A stretch of DNA of 64,000 bases. Origin: an uncultured Candidatus Binatia bacterium. GTDB taxonomy: Bacteria > Desulfobacterota > Binatia > UBA9968 > JAJDTQ01. Where the stretch lies: contig OZ244617.1 in assembly GCA_965218305.1 (NCBI GenBank), positions 3,058,983 to 3,122,982 on the forward strand, read 5' to 3'. Below, piece by piece: positions 10,540-19,166 of this stretch (position 1 is the first letter of the stretch; each line of letters begins with the position of its first letter). A program made the translations under genes and the position numbers. The notes beneath the pieces are model-generated. The model was not told the DNA's origin. It saw nothing but the letters and a program-made list of their open reading frames with translations, and searched no databases.

Positions 10540-12420
10540 CTATCCTTCTGCCCAGTCTTGAAAGGCGGCTGTGACACGCGGCAGATCGTCATCTATCGTG
10601 GGCCGGTTTTCTTCATCGAGAATCGTAAGCCCTTCCGGCGTCCTCATGTACACCGGGTCTCCTCTTTTGGTTATGCCAACTGTCTTCGGGATCGCCATGA
10701 AGATATCATACTTGTCCAATGCCCCCGCCTGAGCCAACTTCGTTTCATTCAGTGTCAACCGCTGGACTATCAGAACGCTTGGATTCGGTACGCCACCACC
10801 TTCCGCGAAGGTTTCTTTTGGTAGATCAATGGATGCAACGATTCTGGCGTTGCGCAACAGCCAAGTTCGGATGAACTTCAAGCCGGGATTGTTCAAAATA
10901 CTGTCGGGGAGAACAATTGCCAGATATCCTCCCCGTTTGGCATACTTCAACGCTCCCTCTACAAATAGTTGTTCCGCCGGCATCATCTGCCGGGACTCCT
11001 TGATGTTTTGCGACGGTAATTCATAGCGCGACAACGTGTGTGGGTCATCTATCTGGGCCTGTCCGCCAAACGGGGGATTAGTCACAACAATGTCGAAGTC
11101 CCCTTGTTTGACCTTCGCCCTCGCAGTTTCGTCATCCCACTCGCTTGGCGACACCAATGAATCTCCCTGGAACACATTGGCGGACCCGTCGCCGTGCATA
11201 ACAAGATTCATTTGCGTAGTACGGACGAGAAACGGGTTGATGTCCATTCCGAAGAGGTTACGTTCAGCGAGTTCCTTGACGCGACCGCCAACGCGAGCCC
11301 GTATTTCGTCCTCCACCCCGCCCCTGGATTGCTCAAGTTCTTCTATTGTCTTGCGCAGCAAATTTAGCGTAGCAACCAGAAAGCCGCCGGTCCCACAACA
11401 GCAATCCAACACTTTGATGGATGTCAGTCGCCTACGAGGAAACAGGGAGAGCGCCATGCTTACGGTCATGTCGCAAACGTTACGTGGCGTGAAGAATTCG
11501 CCACGGTCCCCTCGCAAATTTGCCCCGACAAGTTCTTCATAGGCAGCGCCTTTAACGTCAGTGTTAGTACGAAGGAATGTGTACCGCTGCAATTCTGATA
11601 CGATATAGGCAAGTACGCGTGGGTGTAACTCTATGCCCTCCGTCTGTTTGAAGATGTACGGATATCGGTGCTTGACATCGGTAAAAAGGGGCGCAATTCG
11701 GTCCCGGACCAATGTCGTTTGGCCGGCAATTGACCTTCGTTCCTCGCTGGTCACGAAGAACCTCAGTGCGTCCATTGCCTCGTATTCGTCCAGTACCTTG
11801 CAGAAAATCAGTTTTTGAAGTTCGTGGAACGCTTCGGCCTTCTGTAGCCCTTGGTTTGCATAGATGTAGTTGTGGCAACGTCGAAGCGACGCCTTCAGGT
11901 CTATTGCGGGGGTGAGTTCTTTAAACGTGGGTGCCTTTGGTTGCATGTCGCCGTGGCGCGGTATGTCAGTCGTTTCCTCGATTCTGCCACCCTGCGCCTT
12001 CTCATAGGCTATTTTTTCAGAACCGACCCACAGGCCGTGTCGGCACGACGAGCATACGCTCATGTAACTCTTTAGCTGTTCTACCCCCTCCTTTTTGTCC
12101 TTTGTCGATACGCCCTCGCGCTTTGCTTCGACCACGATAAGGATTGAATCCTGGCGTCGCGGGCCGCCCGGCTTGAATACGACGATATCAGCGCGCTTCC
12201 GCGATGCTCCCATTTTGACCGAGAATTCAACCGCGATATCTGCTACATCGTATTTGTACTCTTCAACGAGACTTCGCGCCCATCTCTGCCGCACGTTTTC
12301 TTCAGGCGTGTCCTTTCTGAGTTGTCCAGTAATGAAACACCTAAGCTTCCCGGCTGGGATAAACGGTATAATTTCACTCATCCACGATGTCCTCGCGCAT
12401 GACGGCAGAGCAATCCCCAA
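10540..12420 (-). CDS. Fused restriction endonuclease/N6-adenine DNA methyltransferase (HsdR_N-type PD-(D/E)xK nuclease domain + gamma-class N6A MTase); Type IIB/IIG-like RM enzyme
   Basis: N-terminal nuclease motif ADIVVF...ILIVVEAKREG (D...E-x-K). SAM-binding motif I VLDCCCGTGGFLV. Catalytic motif IV IVVTNPPFGG. 626 aa in total, encoded in the low-GC island. Confidence 0.7.
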   Translation of the reverse strand: MGIALPSCARTSWMSEIIPFIPAGKLRCFITGQLRKDTPEENVRQRWARSLVEEYKYDVADIAVEFSVKMGASRKRADIVVFKPGGPRRQDSILIVVEAKREGVSTKDKKEGVEQLKSYMSVCSSCRHGLWVGSEKIAYEKAQGGRIEETTDIPRHGDMQPKAPTFKELTPAIDLKASLRRCHNYIYANQGLQKAEAFHELQKLIFCKVLDEYEAMDALRFFVTSEERRSIAGQTTLVRDRIAPLFTDVKHRYPYIFKQTEGIELHPRVLAYIVSELQRYTFLRTNTDVKGAAYEELVGANLRGDRGEFFTPRNVCDMTVSMALSLFPRRRLTSIKVLDCCCGTGGFLVATLNLLRKTIEELEQSRGGVEDEIRARVGGRVKELAERNLFGMDINPFLVRTTQMNLVMHGDGSANVFQGDSLVSPSEWDDETARAKVKQGDFDIVVTNPPFGGQAQIDDPHTLSRYELPSQNIKESRQMMPAEQLFVEGALKYAKRGGYLAIVLPDSILNNPGLKFIRTWLLRNARIVASIDLPKETFAEGGGVPNPSVLIVQRLTLNETKLAQAGALDKYDIFMAIPKTVGITKRGDPVYMRTPEGLTILDEENRPTIDDDLPRVTAAFQDWAEG

Positions 12421-12566
12421 AGATAGAGCCGGCTAGCAGGCATTGCCGTCAGTCGGCTCTTATCCGCCGTCTCTTCGGGCTTGTCGCTCTTCGGCAGCTG
12501 TAGCAGCATCCTCGCCAGTTCTTCCGGCGTGGCATCTATCGGTGGGATGGCGGCGGGCTTGGCCAT
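12378..12566 (-). CDS. Hypothetical small protein (possible regulatory ORF upstream of and overlapping the RM methyltransferase start)
   Basis: ORF MAKPAAIPPIDATPEELARMLLQLPKSDKPEE... within the island. Start codon and reality uncertain; no recognisable domain. Confidence 0.15.
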   Translation of the reverse strand: MAKPAAIPPIDATPEELARMLLQLPKSDKPEETADKSRLTAMPASRLYLWGLLCRHARGHRG

Positions 12567-12763
12567 GATCGTAACCTCGCTACTGGGATGGCTTTTCGGA
12601 TACCCCATGATGGGGAAGTGTGTCAAGAATGTGACACAAGGCTCGGGGGCAGGGCTTGACGGCCGCCGTTCAGTCCAGTATTTCATCCCCCTTTTTTTCC
12701 GGTAAGCTGGCCCGCCGCAGGGCGCCCCCCTTTGAAACCGCTCCCCCGACCATCATCCGTAGC

Positions 12764-13642
12764 CTAGGGCCCGAGGGCGCTGAACATGGCCTCCGTGTCC
12801 GGATCGCAGCCGAACCACGTGCGGAAGGACGCGGCGCCCTGGTGCACCAGCATGCCGATGCCTTCCACGGTCCAGCACCCCTGCCGCTTGGCCTCCTGGA
12901 GCAGTACGGTTTCGCGGGGCTGGTAGACGATGTCGTAAACGACCTGGCGTGGCTCTAGGAGCGCGGGGTCGAGGGGGCATCCCCGGATGTCCGGCGCCAT
13001 GCCCACCGACGTGCAGTTGATGATGAGGTCGGCCTCGCGTCCGAGGGCAGCGAACCCGGCCAGCAGGCCGGACCGGATCGTCGTGCCCCCGGCGCTTCCC
13101 TCCGCGATATCCCGCGCCAGTCTCCCGGCCTTTTCCGGATCCCGGCCCAGTATGGCGAACTCGGGCAGCGTGAACGTCTCCGTGGCCCCGCCCGTGCCCG
13201 CGCAATGGCCCCGGGCCAGCACGAAGGCCAGCGCCCGGGCCGCGCCGCCGGTTCCCAGGATCGTGACCTTCTTGCCGTCGAGCTCGATGCCGGCCTGTCG
13301 GAGGTTCAGCACGGCGCCCGGGGCGTCGGTGGTGGTCCCCATCAGCCGGTCCCCTTCCCAATAGAGGGTGTTCACGCTTCCGGTGAACCGGGACTCTTCA
13401 CTCAGACCGTCGAGATGCTCGATGACCGACTGCTTGTGCGGGATGGTCACGTTGGCGCCGAGAAAACCCATGCCCCGCAGGCCGGCGATGACCTCGCCCA
13501 GGGCCTCGGGCGGACACGGTAAGGGCACGTAGCACGCGTTCAAGCCCGCCGCCTGGATGGCGGCGTTGTGCATCACCGGCGACATGGAATGCTCCACCGG
13601 CCAACCCAGGACCCCCAGCAGTTTGGTGTTGCCGTCGATCAT
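12764..13642 (-). CDS. aroE: Shikimate dehydrogenase
   Basis: LGVLGWPVEHSMSPVMHNAA, the Lys/Asp catalytic region NVTIPHK, and an NADP-binding glycine-rich motif (ILGTGGAARA). Confidence 0.85.
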   Translation of the reverse strand: MIDGNTKLLGVLGWPVEHSMSPVMHNAAIQAAGLNACYVPLPCPPEALGEVIAGLRGMGFLGANVTIPHKQSVIEHLDGLSEESRFTGSVNTLYWEGDRLMGTTTDAPGAVLNLRQAGIELDGKKVTILGTGGAARALAFVLARGHCAGTGGATETFTLPEFAILGRDPEKAGRLARDIAEGSAGGTTIRSGLLAGFAALGREADLIINCTSVGMAPDIRGCPLDPALLEPRQVVYDIVYQPRETVLLQEAKRQGCWTVEGIGMLVHQGAASFRTWFGCDPDTEAMFSALGP

Positions 13643-14484
13643 GACTCCCGCATGGTCTCGCAGGCCGGCAACCGGAACAGCGCTCGGGCGTTGCGGCTGG
13701 CGGCGCCGGCGATTTCGTCAACGCCGACCCCCCGGACGCGGGCCAGGGTCTCGGCCACGAAACGGACGTAGGCGGGCTCGTTGCGCCGCCCCCGCCGGGG
13801 AACGGGCGCCAGGAACGGCGAGTCGGTCTCGATGAGCAGCCGGTCCAGGGGTGCCCAACGGGCGATATCCCTCAATGCTTCGGCGGTCTTGAAGGTGACG
13901 ATGCCCGAGAACGACAGGTAGAAGCCGAGGTCGAGGAACGTGCGCGCGGCCGCGGCGTCGCTGGTGAAGCAGTGGATCACCCCCTCCAGGCTTCCGCCGC
14001 CCCGGTTTCGAATCGTCTCCGCCACCTCGCGGTCCGACTCACGGTTGTGGACCACGATGGGCAACCGGGTCTCCACGGCCAGCGCCGCGAAGCGCTCGAA
14101 CATGTCTCGTTGCACCTGGCGGGGCGAGTGGTCGTAGTGGAAGTCGAGGCCGGTCTCGCCGATGGCGACGACCTTGGGATGCTCGGCGAGGCCGCGCATC
14201 CGGTCCATGGCGTCCGCGCTCACGTCCTTGGCGTCGTGCGGGTGCATTCCCACTGTGGCGTAGAGGTTCGCGTGTTCTTCCGCCAGGCGCACGGCCGCGT
14301 CGTTGGTGGAAAGATTCCCCGCCCCTCCGACGACGATCAGGGTTTCGACGCCCGCCTCCCGGGCCCGTGCCAGCACCTCATCGCGATCCTCGTCGAACTC
14401 CTCGGTCTGGATGTGGCAATGGGTGTCGATGAGGCGTCTGGATTCCCGCTTTCGCGGGAATGACGATGCGGGTGTCGGTGCCAT
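13639..14484 (-). CDS. tatD: TatD-family metal-dependent DNase/hydrolase
   Basis: IDTHCHIQ motif near the N-terminus and a TIM-barrel hydrolase pattern. Start set at MAPTPASS (24 aa before IDTHCH); the longer ORF would overlap metG. Stop/start ATGA overlap with aroE. Confidence 0.75.
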   Translation of the reverse strand: MAPTPASSFPRKRESRRLIDTHCHIQTEEFDEDRDEVLARAREAGVETLIVVGGAGNLSTNDAAVRLAEEHANLYATVGMHPHDAKDVSADAMDRMRGLAEHPKVVAIGETGLDFHYDHSPRQVQRDMFERFAALAVETRLPIVVHNRESDREVAETIRNRGGGSLEGVIHCFTSDAAAARTFLDLGFYLSFSGIVTFKTAEALRDIARWAPLDRLLIETDSPFLAPVPRRGRRNEPAYVRFVAETLARVRGVGVDEIAGAASRNARALFRLPACETMRES

Positions 14485-14504
14485 TCCCGTACCCAAGCGG
14501 GATT

Positions 14505-16058
14505 CTACGACGGGCTCCCGTCGCCGTCGCCTTCCGTGTCCTCGATTCTGGGGAAGAGCATTGCAGGCGGTTGGACCTGGTGTCCCTCGGGGAAGGAGCC
14601 GCCCCACTCGGTTCGGAGCGTGTCGCCGGCGGGGAGTCCCAGGAGGTTCCGGACCGCGGCGCCTGTCTCCGGGAGGAACGGCGCCAGCAGTTCGCCGGTG
14701 AGCCGCACGCCTTCCAGCACATGGTGCAGGATCTCGCCCACCCGGGCCTTCTGGTCCGGGTCCTTGACGAGCGTGAAGGGCGCCGTCTGCACGATGTACT
14801 GGTTCGTTTTATCCAGCGCGACGAAGATCGATTCCAGCGCCCGGTGGAAGGCCATCTCCTCCATGTGCCTTTCCACGTTGGCGGCCGCGGTCTGGAATGC
14901 TTCCTGCAATTCCCGGTCCTCGGTCCGGGCGCCGTCGCCCGCGGGTTGGACCACGCCGCCGAAATACCGTTTCTGCATGGCCAGGACGCGGCTCACCAGG
15001 TTGCCGAAGTTGTTGGCCAGGTCGGCGTTGACCCGGTTCACGAACGCGTCCATGGAGAAGGTCGCGTCCTGGCCGAACACCATCTCCCGCAGCAGGTAGT
15101 AGCGGAACGCGTCCATGCCGTAGCGGTCCTTCATGTCGAGCGGGCGGATGACGTTGCCCAGGCTCTTGGACATCTTGCCGCTGTCCATGATCCAGTAGCC
15201 GTGCACGTTGAGCCGTTGGTAGAGCGGCAGCCCCGCGGCCATGAGCATGGTGGGCCAGAAGATGCCGTGGGGTTTGAGGATGTCCTTGGCGATGAGGTGG
15301 TTGCAGCAGGGCCAATAGGCGTTGAAGAAATCCGCGCCCTTGAGCTCCACCGCGCTCACATAGTTGATCAACGCGTCGAACCACACGTAGGTGACGTAGT
15401 CCCCGTCGAAGGGCAAGGGAATACCCCACTCCAGCCGGCTCTTGGGCCGGGAGATGCACAGGTCTTCCAGCGGCTCGCGCAGGAACGACAGCACCTCCGT
15501 GCGGTACCGTTGCGGCGTGATGAAACCGGGGTCCTCGTTGATGTGCTCGATCAGGCGTTCCTGGTACTTGCTCATGCGGAAGAAGTAGTTCTTCTCCTCG
15601 ATGTACGTGGCCTCCGTCTGGTGGTCCGGGCACTTGCCGTCCTGCAGCTCCTTCTCGGTGTAGAAGCGCTCGCAGCCGTAGCAGTAGTAACCGCCGTACT
15701 CCCCGAAATAGATGTCGCCGGCATCGTAGATGTGTTGCAGGATCCGGCTGACCGTCGCCTTGTGGTAGTCGTCGGTGGTGCGGATGAAGTGGTCGTAGGC
15801 GATGCCGCAGGTGTCCCAGGTGGAGCGGAACAGCGCGCTGATCCGGTCCGCGTACGCCTTGGGCTCGGTGTTGTCCGCGGCCGCCGCCTGGGCGATCTTG
15901 TCACCGTGCTCGTCGGTGCCGGTAAGCAGGTAGACGTCCCTGCCCCGCATCCGGTGATAGCGCTTCAGCGTGTCCGCGATGATGGTGGTGTAGGTGTGCC
16001 CGAGGTGCGGCTGGGCGTTCACATAGTAGAGCGGCGTGGTGAAGTATATGCGGTCCAT
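14505..16058 (-). CDS. metG: Methionine--tRNA ligase (short form lacking the C-terminal tRNA-binding domain)
   Basis: HIGH motif (PLYYVNAQPHLGHTYT), zinc knuckle (CYGCERF...CPDH) and KMSKS motif. 517 aa. Confidence 0.93.
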   Translation of the reverse strand: MDRIYFTTPLYYVNAQPHLGHTYTTIIADTLKRYHRMRGRDVYLLTGTDEHGDKIAQAAAADNTEPKAYADRISALFRSTWDTCGIAYDHFIRTTDDYHKATVSRILQHIYDAGDIYFGEYGGYYCYGCERFYTEKELQDGKCPDHQTEATYIEEKNYFFRMSKYQERLIEHINEDPGFITPQRYRTEVLSFLREPLEDLCISRPKSRLEWGIPLPFDGDYVTYVWFDALINYVSAVELKGADFFNAYWPCCNHLIAKDILKPHGIFWPTMLMAAGLPLYQRLNVHGYWIMDSGKMSKSLGNVIRPLDMKDRYGMDAFRYYLLREMVFGQDATFSMDAFVNRVNADLANNFGNLVSRVLAMQKRYFGGVVQPAGDGARTEDRELQEAFQTAAANVERHMEEMAFHRALESIFVALDKTNQYIVQTAPFTLVKDPDQKARVGEILHHVLEGVRLTGELLAPFLPETGAAVRNLLGLPAGDTLRTEWGGSFPEGHQVQPPAMLFPRIEDTEGDGDGSPS

Positions 16059-16076
16059 GGCGGTCTGCGGGTCCCT

Positions 16077-17060
16077 TCAATTCAACAACATGGGAATAAA
16101 GCCTTCCAGCACCATGCGCCGGTTGTAATTCCGGTGAATGGCCCGGGTCACTCGGTCGATCTCGGCCAGGGCGTCCGTCGACTGCTGCACGCGCCGTTCC
16201 GCGGCCGCGCTCTGGAGCGGCTCCAGGAGGTCCCGGTTGTAGATCGCCGACGGCGCGCCCGTGACCTGAAGCACCATGATATCACGCAGCCATCCCTTGA
16301 CCCATTCCAGGAATCTCAACGCCTTCTCGCGGTCGCTGCCCATCTCCTCGGCCAACGCCGAGATCCCCCGCATGTCGTCGGACGAGAGCCCCGCAAGCCG
16401 GCGAAAGCATTCCTGTCTCTCTTCCAGCATCTCCGTCCCCTCGCCGGCCAGGGCCTTGCCCAGGCTCCCGTAACCCAGCGCCGCCAGCAGCAGCGCCCGG
16501 TCTTCGGGAACGTCCTTGCGCCGGGCCACGACGGCGGCGGCCTGCTCCACCGTCAGCGGGGAGAACCGAAGCCGGAGGCAGCGGGACAACACCGTGGGCA
16601 GAACGCCCCCGGTGCTCTCGGCGACAAGGATCAGCAGGGACTCGCCCGGAGGTTCTTCCAGGGTCTTGAGCAACGCGTTCTGGGCATGGAGGTTCATGAG
16701 GGTCAGGGGGTCGATGATGGCGATTTTCTTCATCCCGCTGAAGCAGTGCAGGACCAACTCCCGCTGCAACTCCCTCACCTGCTCGATGGTGATGTCCCGC
16801 TTGCCCTTGCGCTGCTCCAGCCAGTGCACGTCCGGATGGTTGCGGTTATCGATGCACCGGCAACTCGAACATTCGCCGCAGGCGTCGCCGGCCCCCTCCG
16901 GGCATTGAACCGCGGCCGCCAGGGCGGTGGCTACGGTCCGCTTGCCCGTGCCCTCGGGCCCCACGAAGAGATAGGCGTGATGCAGCCGCTGGCGGTGGAC
17001 GGCCCGCCGCAGCAGCTCGATCTGGCCCTGGTGGCCAACGATGTCCTGGAACCTCAGCAT
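16077..17060 (-). CDS. holB: DNA polymerase III subunit delta'
   Basis: AAA+ P-loop LFVGPEGTGKRT and zinc module CGECSSCRC. Position downstream of tmk is typical. Confidence 0.85.
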   Translation of the reverse strand: MLRFQDIVGHQGQIELLRRAVHRQRLHHAYLFVGPEGTGKRTVATALAAAVQCPEGAGDACGECSSCRCIDNRNHPDVHWLEQRKGKRDITIEQVRELQRELVLHCFSGMKKIAIIDPLTLMNLHAQNALLKTLEEPPGESLLILVAESTGGVLPTVLSRCLRLRFSPLTVEQAAAVVARRKDVPEDRALLLAALGYGSLGKALAGEGTEMLEERQECFRRLAGLSSDDMRGISALAEEMGSDREKALRFLEWVKGWLRDIMVLQVTGAPSAIYNRDLLEPLQSAAAERRVQQSTDALAEIDRVTRAIHRNYNRRMVLEGFIPMLLN

Positions 17061-17073
17061 CCCGCTCCCGGCG

Positions 17074-17724
17074 TCATTCTCCGTTGCCTCCCGCGCCCAG
17101 CCGCTCGGCGACGATCCGCCTGATCCGCTCCTGGGTGTCGGTCACCGGTCCGTCGGAACGGACCACCACGCAACGCGAAGGCTCGGCCTCCGCCAACTCC
17201 AGGAAGCCCTCTCGCACCCGGCGCTGGAACGCCGCGCCCTCGGCCTCGAACCGGTCTTCCCGCACGGCTTGCCGGCCCAGCCGCTCGGCGGCACGGGCCA
17301 GCGCCACGTCCACGGGACAGTCCAGGACGATGGTCAGCTCCGGCATGGTCCCACCCGTTGCCACGAGATTCAACCGGCGCAGCAAGTCCAGGTCCATGCC
17401 GCGCCCATAACCCTGGTACGCCAGCGTCGAGTCGGCGAAACGGTCCGACACCACGAGCCTGCCCTGCTCCAGGGCGGGCCTGACGACCTCGTGCACGTGC
17501 TGGGCCCGGTCCGCCAGGATCAGGAAAAGCTCGGTCTCGTCCGACAGCGATTCCGGCCCGCCCTCGACCAGGAGACGCCGGAGCTCCTTTCCCAACGGAG
17601 TGTCGCCCGGCTCCCGGGTCATCAGACGGGGCACTTCCCGCGAATCCAGATACTCGCCGAGCAACCCGATGTGCCGGCTCTTTCCCGACCCGTCCCCGCC
17701 CTCGATGGTCACGAAACGCAACAT
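17074..17724 (-). CDS. tmk: Thymidylate kinase
   Basis: FVTIEGGDGSGKS P-loop and a DRF-like motif (DRFADSTLAYQG). 216 aa. Confidence 0.9.
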   Translation of the reverse strand: MLRFVTIEGGDGSGKSRHIGLLGEYLDSREVPRLMTREPGDTPLGKELRRLLVEGGPESLSDETELFLILADRAQHVHEVVRPALEQGRLVVSDRFADSTLAYQGYGRGMDLDLLRRLNLVATGGTMPELTIVLDCPVDVALARAAERLGRQAVREDRFEAEGAAFQRRVREGFLELAEAEPSRCVVVRSDGPVTDTQERIRRIVAERLGAGGNGE

Positions 17725-17938
17725 TCCAACCAGCCGTCGCCAACGTCTCCCGCGCCGGATTGACGCGCGCTCCCACGCATGGACAGGATATTACACGAGA
17801 ATGGGACGGCTGCCCAACCGCGCGCGCCGGCCGGGACTCGTATTGCAAAACGGCTCACGGGTCTGGTACGGCTGTTCCCCGGAGCGGCGCACCGGCGACG
17901 CTCCGGATCAAGGGCGTCTTTCAAACGCGGGAGCTTTC

Positions 17939-18841
17939 ATGCGCGGAACCACGCCGAGACGAATGCAGGGGATGGCCGATCCCGTGCTGGCCTCCATGGT
18001 CCATTCCATGGGCATGGACGAGGTGCCTCACTACGCGAGCCGTTCGGAACTGGTGGTCGGATACGTCAACCGATGCACGGAGAACGCCAAGTTCCGCGAC
18101 GGTCCGGTGAACCCGCAACGGGTCGAGGTGACGGACCGTGCCGCCATGACCGCCCGGGTCAAGGCCAAGGCCCGGGAGCTGGGCGCGGACCTGGTGGGCA
18201 TCTGCCGGCTCAGGCCGTCCATGATCGACCTGGGGAAAGAGGTTCCCCACGAGTACGTGATCGCCGCCTGCGTGAGCGAGGATTACCACAAGGTCCTCGA
18301 CGGAGCGGATGCGGTGGAGGAAGAGGCCATGCGGGTGTACGCGGTGGTCTCGGACCTGTCCACCGAGCTCGCGTCCTACATTCGCGAGCTGGGGTACCCC
18401 GCCTGGGCCCATCACAACGGGGTCCGGGAGGTACAGGCCATTCCGGTCTTCTATCAGGTCGGGTTCGGCGAGCTCGGCAGGCACGGGAGCCTCATCAACG
18501 AACAATACGGGGCGGACTTCCGGCCCGGGTTCGTCACCACCGACCTGCCGCTGGACGAAGACCAGCCGCGCGAGTTCGGGGTTCAGGACTTCTGCACGAA
18601 CTGCAACGTGTGCATGCAGAACTGTCCGGGGGACGCGATTCCCCAGGAACACGTCATGACCGACGGCATCAAGCGCTGGTTGATCGATCTCGAGAAGTGC
18701 TACCCGTATTCCCGCCTGCGCGACGAGTACTGCCACCTGTGCGTGGACGTGTGCCCTTACAACGTGCGCAGTCACCGGACCACGTTCAAGACCTTCATGA
18801 AGGAACGCAAGCGCGTGGGGTACAAGACCCCGACGTACTGA
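17939..18841 (+). CDS. QueG/reductive-dehalogenase-superfamily iron-sulfur protein (epoxyqueuosine reductase-like), two 4Fe-4S motifs
   Basis: ELGADLVGICRL N-terminal motif. GFGELGRHGSLIN resembles the QueG GLGWIGKH block. Fe-S motifs are CTNCNVCMQNCP and CHLCVDVCP. Start placed at the first ATG (17939) outside the divergent tmk gene. Confidence 0.5.
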   Translation: MRGTTPRRMQGMADPVLASMVHSMGMDEVPHYASRSELVVGYVNRCTENAKFRDGPVNPQRVEVTDRAAMTARVKAKARELGADLVGICRLRPSMIDLGKEVPHEYVIAACVSEDYHKVLDGADAVEEEAMRVYAVVSDLSTELASYIRELGYPAWAHHNGVREVQAIPVFYQVGFGELGRHGSLINEQYGADFRPGFVTTDLPLDEDQPREFGVQDFCTNCNVCMQNCPGDAIPQEHVMTDGIKRWLIDLEKCYPYSRLRDEYCHLCVDVCPYNVRSHRTTFKTFMKERKRVGYKTPTY

Positions 18842-18846
18842 GAGCC

Positions 18847-19023
18847 GTGGAGAAGTTCTACCTGCACGAGCGCAGGCCCGACGGCGAGGTCAGCACCGTC
18901 GGACTGTACTACTCACGGGAAGAAGCGGAGGGCGTCATCGCGCAGCTCAGGGAATTGCCGGAGAAGCAGGGCTGCGAGTACCTCCTGGTCCAGCCCGACG
19001 ACGACCCGCCGGAACCCCGCTGA
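18847..19023 (+). CDS. Hypothetical small protein (58 aa, GTG start)
   Basis: Non-low-complexity ORF MEKFYLHERRPDGEVSTVGLYYSREEAEGVIAQLRELPEKQGCEYLLVQPDD, immediately after the QueG-like gene. No homology recognised. Confidence 0.3.
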   Translation: MEKFYLHERRPDGEVSTVGLYYSREEAEGVIAQLRELPEKQGCEYLLVQPDDDPPEPR

Positions 19024-19039
19024 CGTCAGGGCCGGCCTT

Positions 19040-19155
19040 TCCCCTTCCCGTCATCCCGGACTTGATCCGGGATCCAGGAGGGGGGTTGGGGGCAAGGCAG
19101 ACCACCCCACGGCCACCCCTGGATCCCGGATCAAGTCCGGGATGACGGAGAGGTG
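19040..19155. repeat. Palindromic intergenic repeat element, copy A (complete): ~31-bp inverted arms GTCATCCCGGACTTGATCCGGGATCCAGGAG / CCTGGATCCCGGATCAAGTCCGGGATGAC separated by ~37 bp
   Basis: Left arm 19050-19080 and right arm 19118-19147 are perfect reverse complements. Further flanking complementarity extends out to 19040 and 19155. Confidence 0.85.
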
Positions 19156-19166
19156 GCGTGCGACTC

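Noticed and set aside
14460-17123. 887-aa plus-strand ORF spanning metG and holB loci
   Set aside because: Antisense to well-supported metG and holB. The sequence is repetitive Arg/Gly/Val/Asp-rich with no motifs.
17600-17938. Upstream extension of the QueG-like ORF (413-aa version)
   Set aside because: It would overlap the thymidylate kinase gene on the opposite strand and is Arg/Ser/Pro-rich. The start was moved to the first ATG outside tmk.
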